Both the position numbers and the translations under genes were made by a program. Shown here one piece after another: positions 57,001 to 64,000 of a stretch of 64,000 nucleotides of DNA (positions within the stretch are counted from its first letter, which is position 1; each line of letters starts with the position of its first letter). Under the pieces are notes generated by a model that saw only the letters and a list, made by a program, of their open reading frames with translations, was not told the DNA's origin and searched no databases. The DNA is from Bacteroidales bacterium (GTDB lineage Bacteria; Bacteroidota; Bacteroidia; Bacteroidales; UBA932): assembly GCA_017479265.1 (NCBI GenBank), contig JAFVCK010000058.1:9473-73472 (forward strand), written 5' to 3'.

Positions 57001-57598
57001 TGGTGCTGACCATGTCCTTGAGAGCCTGCTCGTCGAGGGCCTCGATTTTCTGGATTTCGTGGGATGTGCGGAATCCGTCGAAGAAGTGAAGGAAAGGAAT
57101 GCTGGACTTGATAGCGGCGAGATGTGCCACTGCTGCAAGGTCCTGGGCTTCCTGTACGGAACCTGAAGCGAGCATCGCGAAGCCGGTCTGGCGGCAAGCC
57201 ATGACATCCTGGTGGTCACCGAAGATGGAGAGGGCGTGTGATGCGAGGGCGCGGGCCGAAACGTGGAAGACGGCGGGGAGCATTTCTCCGGCAATCTTGT
57301 ACATGTTCGGAATCATGAGCAGAAGGCCCTGGGATGCGGTGTAGGTGGTAGTAAGCACGCCTGCCTGGAGGGAACCGTGTACAGTGCCGGCAGCACCTGC
57401 CTCGCTCTGCATTTCGGTTACCTTGACAGTCTCGCCCCAAAGGTTCTTCTTGCCATGGGCGGCCCATTCATCAATGTTCTCTGCCATCGGAGAGGATGGT
57501 GTGATAGGGTAGATGGCCGCGTGCTCGCTGAAGAGGTATGCGATGTTAGCAACCGCGGTATTACCGTCACAAGTGATGAATTTCTTTTCTTTTGCCAT
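54068..57598 (-). CDS. nifJ: Pyruvate:ferredoxin (flavodoxin) oxidoreductase
   Basis: YPITPSS, EMQSEAGAAG, two 4Fe-4S motifs, FSGACAGCGE, GGDGWAYDIG. Confidence 0.98.
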   Translation of the reverse strand: MAKEKKFITCDGNTAVANIAYLFSEHAAIYPITPSSPMAENIDEWAAHGKKNLWGETVKVTEMQSEAGAAGTVHGSLQAGVLTTTYTASQGLLLMIPNMYKIAGEMLPAVFHVSARALASHALSIFGDHQDVMACRQTGFAMLASGSVQEAQDLAAVAHLAAIKSSIPFLHFFDGFRTSHEIQKIEALDEQALKDMVSTKSLSRFRQRALNPDAPVTRGTAQNGDVYFQALESRNKFYEDIPDIVARYMGEISELTGREYRPFTYYGDKNAEDIIVAMGSVTETIKETIDYLAAKGRKVGLVTCHLYRPFCEKYFLSVLPAGVRRIAVLDRTKEPGALGEPLYLDVKALFQGKDKSPLVIGGRYGLSSKDTTPAQIVAVYDNLALREPKKDFTIGIVDDVTFKSLPVKEEISIVKPGTMECKFYGLGSDGTVGANKNTIKIIGSHTDDYCQAYFDYDSKKSGGYTCSHLRFGHAPIKAPYLVSTPDFVACHVPSYLQKYDVLKGIKEGGSLLLNSLWDEEETVKRIPDNVKSIIGRKHINLYIINATKIASEIGLGGRTNTILQSAFFKITGILPYEDAVKYMKDAIVKSYGKKGENVVNMNFAAVDRGGEYTKVEVPADWAEINAKFENPNKDRLAPEFVKKVADLVNAQEGDSLPVSTFLPYADGTMPAGTTAYEKRGVAVMVPSWDPDKCIQCNSCVFVCPHAAIRPFLLSDEEAANAPALTKIAQGKAQLKDWKFAIATSVADCTGCGNCVDVCPCKPEKAIKMVSAQGQEAEQAAFDYMNAKVGYKDNIVPKAASMKNAQFAQPLFEFSGACAGCGETPYIKNITQLFGDHMMIANATGCSSIYGASFPASPYCTNAQGHGPAWQNSLFEDNAEFGLGMKLGSDRARATVARLMAEGLECPHCSEAMKALYAQWLDNREDAAITREVADKLVPLMEECGCDISKQLLEYKHFIPARSQWIFGGDGWAYDIGYGGLDHVLASGENVNVLVLDTEVYSNTGGQSSKSTPVGAIAKFAASGKKIRKKDLGMMAMSYGYVHVAQVAMGSSPVQYMNAIKEAEAYDGPSLIIAYSPCINHGLKAGMGLSQKEEKLAVDCGYWHLYRYNPALEEQGKNPFTLDSKEPDWTKFQDFLKGEVRFASLYKLFPENAQELLDKTEEFAKVRYNTYKRLAGK

Positions 57599-57736
57599 AA
57601 TCGTTTTAGTTTATATTGTCGTTGTTGTTTCTTATGGGTCAAAAATCATACAAAAATAGCCAAAATCTTCCGATATTCCGAAAAATTTGGCTAAAAATAT
57701 AACAATTATTAAAAAACTTCAAATAAATGTGTCGGC

Positions 57737-58618
57737 TCATGAGATTCCGCTGATATCCGCCATGCCGGCGCTGATGCGCTTGACGAGGCCCTGGAGCACG
57801 GTGCCGGGACCCGCCTCTATGAAACGGTCTGCCCCGTCCACCAGCATGTTGCTTACAGTGCGGGTCCAGCGCACGGGGGATGTAAGCTGGGCAAGGAGAT
57901 TGGCCTTTATAGTCTCGGGGTCAGTCTCGGGAAGTGCCGTAACATTCTGATATACAGGACATACTGGCTTGGAGAACACTGTTGCCTCTATGGCCTTTCC
58001 GAGCTCCGCCCTCGCAGGCTCCATCAAAGGGGAGTGGAAGGCTCCGCTCACGGCAAGGGGAAGAGCCCTTTTCGCTCCCACCGCCTTTGCCAGCGCACAG
58101 GCCTGTCGAACGGCCTCGGCCTGACCTGAAATCACCACCTGCCCGTCGCAGTTGTAGTTGGCCGGAACTACAAGGCCCCCGGCACTTCTGCATACATCTT
58201 CCACGGCGCTGTCCGGTAGGCCAATTATGGCTGCCATGGTGCCCGGGACGCTCTCGCAGCATTTCTGCATAGCACTGGCCCTTGCCGCCACCAGGCGCAG
58301 TCCGTCTTCAAAACTGAGTGCTCCTGCGGCCGTAAGTGCCGACAGTTCGCCAAGCGAATGGCCCGCCACCATGTCGGGGCGGAATTCCTCAAGGCATGCG
58401 GCGAGAATTACAGAATGAAGGAAAATCGCGGGCTGGGTGACCCTCGTTGCCTTCAGGTCGTCGCTGCTGCCTTCGAACATTATGTCGGTAATCCTGAAAC
58501 CGAGGATGTCGTCGGCCCTTTCGAAAAGTTCCTTTGCCCTGGCTGAATTCTCATACAGGCTCCTGCCCATTCCGGGCTCCTGGGCCCCTTGTCCGGGAAA
58601 TACGTATGCTGTTTTCAT
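57737..58618 (-). CDS. fabD: Malonyl-CoA:ACP transacylase
   Basis: FPGQGAQ, TQPAIF, AGHSLGE, SGAFHS; start at 58618. Confidence 0.96.
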   Translation of the reverse strand: MKTAYVFPGQGAQEPGMGRSLYENSARAKELFERADDILGFRITDIMFEGSSDDLKATRVTQPAIFLHSVILAACLEEFRPDMVAGHSLGELSALTAAGALSFEDGLRLVAARASAMQKCCESVPGTMAAIIGLPDSAVEDVCRSAGGLVVPANYNCDGQVVISGQAEAVRQACALAKAVGAKRALPLAVSGAFHSPLMEPARAELGKAIEATVFSKPVCPVYQNVTALPETDPETIKANLLAQLTSPVRWTRTVSNMLVDGADRFIEAGPGTVLQGLVKRISAGMADISGIS

Positions 58619-58748
58619 GAATGAATATCTTAGGTCACAAAGATAAGAATAATTCCCCGATAAATAATAATGATAAGGATTTGTCATCTTGGATTGGGAA
58701 TTTGCATGCAATTTATTATATTTGCGGAAATTTAAATAACAAATTGCA

Positions 58749-60161
58749 ATGGTCGAAACAAAATTCAGGGTAGAAAGCGATCTGCTGGGCGAACTCCAGG
58801 TTCCCGCCGACGCTTATTACGGAGTCCAGACCCAGAGGGCTCTCAATAACTACAAAATCTCCAATACCAGGATGTGCGACTATCCTGAGTATATTATTGC
58901 CATGGCCTATGTCAAGATGGCCGCTGCCGAGGCTAATGCCCGTCTGGGCGTGCTCGACCGCAAGATTGCCGATGCCATAGTGGCCGCATGCCGCGAAATC
59001 GTGGACGGCAAGCTGCACGACCAGTTCCCCGTGGACATGATGCAGGGCGGAGCCGGCACGTCGGTGAACATGAACGCCAACGAGGTCATAGCCAACAGGG
59101 CCCTCGAACTGATGGGACACCAAAAAGGCGAGTACCAGTACTGCTGGCCCAATGACCATGTCAACTGCGCCCAGTCCACCAACGACGCATATCCCACGGC
59201 CTTCCGCTACACCTTCGTCCGCATGAACAAGAAGCTCATCGCCAATCTGGAGAAGCTCATAGAGGCTTTCCGCGCCAAGGGCGAAGAGTTCAAGGATATA
59301 ATCAAGATGGGCCGTACCCAGCTCCAGGATGCTGTCCCCATGACCTCCGGACAGGAATTCCATGCATTCGCCACCAACCTCGAAGAGGAGATTGCGAATC
59401 TCAACCGCAACGCCGTCCTGCTGAAGGAAATCAACATGGGCGGAACCGCTATCGGCACCGGCCTGAACGCCGTGCCCGGATTTGCCGAGCTTTGCACGCA
59501 GCTTCTTTCCGAGTTCAGCGGTGACGACTTCGTCAAGGCTGCCGACCTCGTGGAGGCCACTCCCGACACCGGCGCGTACGTAAGCTATTCGGCAGCCCTC
59601 AAGCGTCTGGCCATCAAGCTCTCCAAGATTTGCAACGACCTGCGCCTTATGGCTTCCGGTCCCCGTTGCGGCCTGCATGAGATAAACCTTCCTCCCATGG
59701 CTCCCGGTTCTTCCATCATGCCCGGCAAGGTCAACCCCGTCATTCCCGAGGTCACCAACCAGGTCTGCTTCAAGGTCATAGGCAATGATACCACCGTGGC
59801 TTTCGCAGCCGAGGCAGGACAGCTCCAGCTCAATGTCATGGAGCCGGTCATCGCAGAGTCCATCCTGGAGAGCGTCACATGGCTGTGCAATGCCATCGAG
59901 ACCCTGCGCACCAGGTGCGTGGAGGGCATTACGGTTAACTCCGACCACTGCTACGAAATGGTCAAGAATTCAATCGGAATCGTCACGGCCCTCAATCCTT
60001 ATATCGGCTACAAGACTTCCACCAAGGTTGCCAAGGAAGCCCTCGAGACAGGTCGCAGCGTGTATGACCTCGTCCTCGAGCATGGCTACATGACAAAGGA
60101 GAAACTCGACGAGGCCCTTGACCCCAAGGCCATGACCGCTTCGCACGATTTCATAAAGTAG
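58749..60161 (+). CDS. aspA: Aspartate ammonia-lyase
   Basis: [49 protein letters not shown]. Confidence 0.95.
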   Translation: MVETKFRVESDLLGELQVPADAYYGVQTQRALNNYKISNTRMCDYPEYIIAMAYVKMAAAEANARLGVLDRKIADAIVAACREIVDGKLHDQFPVDMMQGGAGTSVNMNANEVIANRALELMGHQKGEYQYCWPNDHVNCAQSTNDAYPTAFRYTFVRMNKKLIANLEKLIEAFRAKGEEFKDIIKMGRTQLQDAVPMTSGQEFHAFATNLEEEIANLNRNAVLLKEINMGGTAIGTGLNAVPGFAELCTQLLSEFSGDDFVKAADLVEATPDTGAYVSYSAALKRLAIKLSKICNDLRLMASGPRCGLHEINLPPMAPGSSIMPGKVNPVIPEVTNQVCFKVIGNDTTVAFAAEAGQLQLNVMEPVIAESILESVTWLCNAIETLRTRCVEGITVNSDHCYEMVKNSIGIVTALNPYIGYKTSTKVAKEALETGRSVYDLVLEHGYMTKEKLDEALDPKAMTASHDFIK

Positions 60162-60185
60162 GTTATATGCAAAACAGCTTCTTAG

Positions 60186-60212
60186 CCGCGGACCAAAAAT
60201 CCGCGGTTTTTT
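60186..60212 (+). terminator. Intrinsic terminator after aspA
   Basis: ccgcgga-N7-tccgcgg-tttttt. Confidence 0.75.
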
Positions 60213-60269
60213 GTCCATAGTATTGAAAATTTTTTAATAATTGGTTATTTTTGCAGGATAAAACCAATA

Positions 60270-61835
60270 ATGATGTCTGATATACCTTTAACCTTGTGGT
60301 CACTGCTCAAGCCGCTTGGAGAGAAACTCAAGGAATCGCTGGTATCCGTGTTGCCGGTGTGCCTCATCGTAGTGGTTCTCTCCCTGACTCCTTGGGTGGA
60401 CCTCTCCGTGAAGGAGCTGCTTATATTCCTTGGTGCAGCGCTGCTGCTTGTCGTAGGAATCAGCTTTTTCAACCGGGGTGCCGACATGGCTATGACGCCT
60501 ATGGGTCAGTATATAGGCGAGGGATTGACAGGGTCAAAGAAAATAGGTCTCCTTCTGTCGGTTGCCTTCGTCATGGGCCTGTTGATTACCATAGCGGAGC
60601 CCGATCTTGCGGTGCTCGCCAGCCAGGTCAGCGCCATAATGAACCCCACCGTGCTGATTGTCACCGTGGGCGTGGGCGTAGGCCTGATGATGCTCCTGGG
60701 CGTTGTCAAGATTGTTTTCAGGGCGGACCTGACGGCCATACTGGTGTATTGCTACATGGTCCTTTTCTGCCTTGCGGCCCTGCTGATGGACAACGACGAG
60801 ACCTGGCCGCTGCTGTCATTGTGCTTTGATTCGGGCGGAGTGACCACCGGACCTATAACCGTACCTTTCATCATGGCCCTCGGAGTGGGCATAGCCATGT
60901 CAGTGGGCGGACGCAATGCCAATGAGAACAGTTTCGGCCTCATAGCCCTGTGCTCCATCGGCCCCATTGCAGCCGTGCTCATTCTCTCCATGACCCCTAC
61001 ATCAGTCCCCGCGTATGAGGTGCCCAATCTTTCGATGGAGTCCATCCTGTCAGAAGGAGTGTTTGACATTTTGCTCGGCAGCATGAGCGACGTTGCTCAG
61101 TCCCTCGTTTGGATTGTGGTGTTCTTCTTCATTCTGCAGTTTGCCGTTCTGAAGCTCCCCAGGACCAAGATAGTCCAGATTATCTGCGGCATTCTGTATG
61201 CCTTCTTCGGACTGGCCCTGTTCCTCACAGCCGTGGAAATGGCCTTCCTGCCTCTTGGTTACGAGATAGGCATCCAGCTGGCCGAGGCCCATCCCGCCGT
61301 CATAATTGTGTTCTCATTCATAGTCGGCATGGTGGTGGTTCTGGCCGAGCCTGCCGTCCATGTGCTCAACAACCAGGTGAGCGAGATTACCGGCGGGGAA
61401 GTGAGCCGCAAGCAGATGATGACGGCCCTTTCCGTGGGTGTCGGCATATCCATCTGCCTTTCCGTAGTGAGGGTGATGTACGGATTCTCCCTGCTGTATT
61501 ACCTTATCCCCGGCTATGTGATTTCCCTAGGTCTTTCCTTCCTGGTGCCTAAACTCTACACCGCCATAGCCTTTGATTCCGGCGGTGTGGCCAGCGGTCC
61601 TCTTACTTCCAGTTTCATACTGCCTCTGGTCGTAGGCTTCTGCGTATGCATACAGGGCGAATCCAACGTGTTGGAACTGGCTTTCGGAGTGGTGGCCATG
61701 GTGGCAATGACCCCTCTGATTACAATACAGTGCCTGGGCTTCAAGTCCGTTGTGTCGGCCCGCCGTCGCCGTAATGATGCATTCCGCCGCATAGTGGCAG
61801 CCGCTGCCGACGATCCGATAATCTATTTTGAGTAG
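60270..61835 (+). CDS. DUF1538 polytopic membrane protein (two fused repeats)
   Basis: Repeated IAEPDL/LAEPAV and FDSGGVTTGP/FDSGGVASGP motifs, many hydrophobic helices. Confidence 0.88.
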   Translation: MMSDIPLTLWSLLKPLGEKLKESLVSVLPVCLIVVVLSLTPWVDLSVKELLIFLGAALLLVVGISFFNRGADMAMTPMGQYIGEGLTGSKKIGLLLSVAFVMGLLITIAEPDLAVLASQVSAIMNPTVLIVTVGVGVGLMMLLGVVKIVFRADLTAILVYCYMVLFCLAALLMDNDETWPLLSLCFDSGGVTTGPITVPFIMALGVGIAMSVGGRNANENSFGLIALCSIGPIAAVLILSMTPTSVPAYEVPNLSMESILSEGVFDILLGSMSDVAQSLVWIVVFFFILQFAVLKLPRTKIVQIICGILYAFFGLALFLTAVEMAFLPLGYEIGIQLAEAHPAVIIVFSFIVGMVVVLAEPAVHVLNNQVSEITGGEVSRKQMMTALSVGVGISICLSVVRVMYGFSLLYYLIPGYVISLGLSFLVPKLYTAIAFDSGGVASGPLTSSFILPLVVGFCVCIQGESNVLELAFGVVAMVAMTPLITIQCLGFKSVVSARRRRNDAFRRIVAAAADDPIIYFE

Positions 61836-62211
61836 AGCCATGTCACAGTCAAAAAGAACCATAGCTCCGATGAAGCTGGAAGTGTTCGTTGCCATTGTAC
61901 ACATAGACAAACTGCCTTATTATTCCAGCCTTATACAATCCCATCAGGCCAACATGCAGTTCACCCTCCAGTGCAGGGGTACCACCCATCTGCTGCTGGG
62001 TTACCTGGGCCTTGCCGAGCGCCCCAAGAACCTGATAATGACGGTAGTGCGCGAGGACGAATCGGCAGAACTGATGGCTGTCATGAAGGAGAATTTCGCC
62101 AAGGGCAAGGATTACAAAGGCATAGCCTTTACCATACCTTTCAGCAGCATGATAGGCTCTTTGGCCTACGGTTTTCTTAGCAATGAAAAAAGAATAAAGG
62201 AGGAAGCATAA
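61828..62211 (+). CDS. Divergent PII-like protein
   Basis: CRGT..LLGYLGL T-loop remnant, KGIAFTIP; exact start uncertain (61828, 61840 or 61870). Confidence 0.7.
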   Translation: MSRAMSQSKRTIAPMKLEVFVAIVHIDKLPYYSSLIQSHQANMQFTLQCRGTTHLLLGYLGLAERPKNLIMTVVREDESAELMAVMKENFAKGKDYKGIAFTIPFSSMIGSLAYGFLSNEKRIKEEA

Positions 62212-62212
62212 T

Positions 62213-62542
62213 ATGTCCAACAAATACGAACTTGTCGTTAGCATCGTCAACGCCGGATATTCGGAGAATGTAATGGCGGCGGCCCGTGCAGCAGGTGCCA
62301 GGGGAGGCAGCATAATTCGCGGCAGAGGTTCCGCCAACCCCGAGGCCGAGGAGTTTTTCAACATTGCAGTCCAGCCTGACAAGGAGGTTGTGCTGATAGT
62401 CGTTCCCGTGGCCATCAAGGACGAAGTCATCAAGACCGTCTATAAGAATGCCGGACTTGCTACCGAGGGAAGGGGAATAGTGTTCTCGCTGCCTGTCTCC
62501 AGAACTACTTTGGAAGAACCTGTAGAAGAGGAAGAAAAGTAG
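62213..62542 (+). CDS. PII-family protein
   Basis: AARAAGARGGSIIRGRGS, KEVVLIVV, GRGIVFSLPV. Confidence 0.88.
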   Translation: MSNKYELVVSIVNAGYSENVMAAARAAGARGGSIIRGRGSANPEAEEFFNIAVQPDKEVVLIVVPVAIKDEVIKTVYKNAGLATEGRGIVFSLPVSRTTLEEPVEEEEK

Positions 62543-62614
62543 TACCCCCGAGGCGAATCGAACGCCTATCGTCGGAACCGGAATCCGAAATTCTATCCAT
62601 TAAACTACAGGGGC
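62543..62614 (-). tRNA. tRNA-Arg (CCG)
   Basis: GCCCCTGTAGTTTAATGGATAGAATTTCGGATTCCGGTTCCGACGATAGGCGTTCGATTCGCCTCGGGGGTA, anticodon CCG. Confidence 0.95.
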
Positions 62615-62678
62615 GCTGTTTGAGCATGCAAAGTTAACAATTTTTCTGTAAATGAAAAAGGCCCTGGTCTTTCTGCCA

Positions 62679-64000
62679 TCAGATTTTGACCAGGGCTTTT
62701 CCTGTCTTTCCGTCCACGATGACGCTTAGGGGGCTGTCAAGGCGGATATGCCGTATGAACTGAGTTTCTTCCACGGCCGGCAGAGCGTCCAGAATGTCCT
62801 TGTTGAAGCAGTCGTTGTGCCTTGAATAAGGGTTGACATTGACATAACCCGCATTGAAGGAAGTCAGGTTCTGGAAGAAATGCGTGCCCTGGCTGGGGTC
62901 CACCCTGAAATTCTCCAGGCAGCATTCCACTATGACCTTGGACTCGGAGATGTCGCTCCATGCCACGGGTACGCCGAGGGACGGTATGCTGGAGCCCCAG
63001 CGACCGTATCCTATCAGCACATAGCCCCGTCCGGCCTCTCTCATGGCCTGGTTCATGGCCGAGAGCTGCGAGGCCATTTCCCTTGTCTTGAGCACGTCGA
63101 AGGCCTCTTCCTTGAGGTAGATGATATCCTGAAGGCCCTGTATCCTGCCTGTCCCGAGTGCGCTTTCCGAGAAGAGCAGGGGAGAGTCCGTGTCTATCTC
63201 GTTCCAGTCCACCTCGGAGTCTGAACTTTCCACCGAAATGGGCCTTATCTGCAGCACGTTGAAAATGGCCTCGTCCTGCCTTATGTCGGCCGCGAATTCA
63301 ATCTCCACTTCGCATTTCATTTCCTGGCGGCTGATTTCCATCAGGGTCTTGAGTATGTCCGCAATGGGGTACAGCCCGTATTTGAGTATGTGCGAGAAGG
63401 TTACGAATTTCGGACCTTCGGCAAGGGGAGAGTCGCTTATGCGCATGCTCTGGTAGTCAAGGGTGGAGCACACCCTGGCGAAGGACTTGAACATGGTGCA
63501 GTCCGCAATCGGTATCCTTTCGAGGTTGACGGCATCGTCAACCGAGGTCTTGAACTTGTCAGGGAGAAGGTTGAGGGCATACATCACCTTCTGGGTCTCG
63601 TTCATGGTGAGTTCCACGGTGGAGGTGGAGAGTATGTTCTTGGGATACAGGGGAGAGAACCTCAGCACCTGTTCTCCGTCCACGACGGCCTTTCCGAGGC
63701 CGTATGCCATCTTGACTACGCCTTCTTCGGGCTTTTCATAGCCTATGGGGTAGAAGTTTATGGAGCGGGCTACTCCGGACAGCGTCGGGAACCAGTATCC
63801 GGAGTCTTCGCGGCCGCAGATTTCCTGTATGATTACCGCCATTTTTTCTTCAGAGAGCACGTTGGCCGTGGCCGTGATATAGCCTCTCGAGGAGGCGTAA
63901 TACACGGACGCATAGACGCTCTTGATGGCTTTGGAGAGCAGCCTGACCTGCTGGTCTTCGTTTTCCGTGCGGGGAATCATGTAGGTGCTATATACTCCTG
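62679..64000 (-). CDS. PEP/pyruvate-binding (PPDK_N) domain protein, C-terminal part (starts beyond window end)
   Basis: AIKSVYAS, EEKMAVIIQE, SGVARSINFYP, GLGKAVVDG, LQIRPI, GRWGSS, PSQGTHFFQN. Confidence 0.88.
   Translation of the reverse strand, partial: GVYSTYMIPRTENEDQQVRLLSKAIKSVYASVYYASSRGYITATANVLSEEKMAVIIQEICGREDSGYWFPTLSGVARSINFYPIGYEKPEEGVVKMAYGLGKAVVDGEQVLRFSPLYPKNILSTSTVELTMNETQKVMYALNLLPDKFKTSVDDAVNLERIPIADCTMFKSFARVCSTLDYQSMRISDSPLAEGPKFVTFSHILKYGLYPIADILKTLMEISRQEMKCEVEIEFAADIRQDEAIFNVLQIRPISVESSDSEVDWNEIDTDSPLLFSESALGTGRIQGLQDIIYLKEEAFDVLKTREMASQLSAMNQAMREAGRGYVLIGYGRWGSSIPSLGVPVAWSDISESKVIVECCLENFRVDPSQGTHFFQNLTSFNAGYVNVNPYSRHNDCFNKDILDALPAVEETQFIRHIRLDSPLSVIVDGKTGKALVKI

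Noticed and set aside
57657-57693. tagccaaaa...tttggcta inverted repeat upstream of PFOR (and ttttggctgaa at about 52032), resembling the ATPase-flanking palindrome
   Set aside because: Shorter arms, different spacer, and overlap with ordinary TTTG promoter elements; cannot be tied to the 13-17-13 motif
8478-62614. All three tRNAs in the window are Arg isoacceptors on the minus strand
   Set aside because: They are unlinked and in separate contexts; coincidence is sufficient

Overview
A 64 kb chromosomal segment from a gut/rumen-type Bacteroidales bacterium, judged from TAnnTTTG -7 promoters, a SusC-type receptor, many lipoproteins and GC-rich synonymous sites. It is mostly housekeeping: rpmF, typA, alr, rplS, dnaJ-grpE, glpT, trkA, tldD/pmbA, pepD, rpsF-rpsR-rplI, parE, PFOR, fabD, aspA and three tRNA-Arg genes. 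Accessory or unexplained parts: (1) a ~4 kb AT-richer islet (4497-8516) bounded by tRNA-Arg(CCT) and a displaced 23-bp copy of it, carrying an AAA ATPase gene flanked on both sides by the same 13-17-13 palindrome, ParDE, an orphan AbrB antitoxin and several gene scraps; (2) a five-gene DUF4493/PCMD lipoprotein plus beta-barrel operon (34219-42237) that looks like a type-V-pilus-like glycan-binding appendage, followed by a 46-aa ORF, missing from the ORF track, that matches only the UmuC (Pol V) C-terminal tail; (3) a GH3 amido-synthetase/HAD/acyltransferase block sitting between tldD and pmbA; (4) a DUF1538 membrane protein with two PII-like proteins between aspA and tRNA-Arg(CCG); (5) a 126-bp four-way-junction element between convergent genes. 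All family assignments come from recognising motifs by eye; no searches were run.
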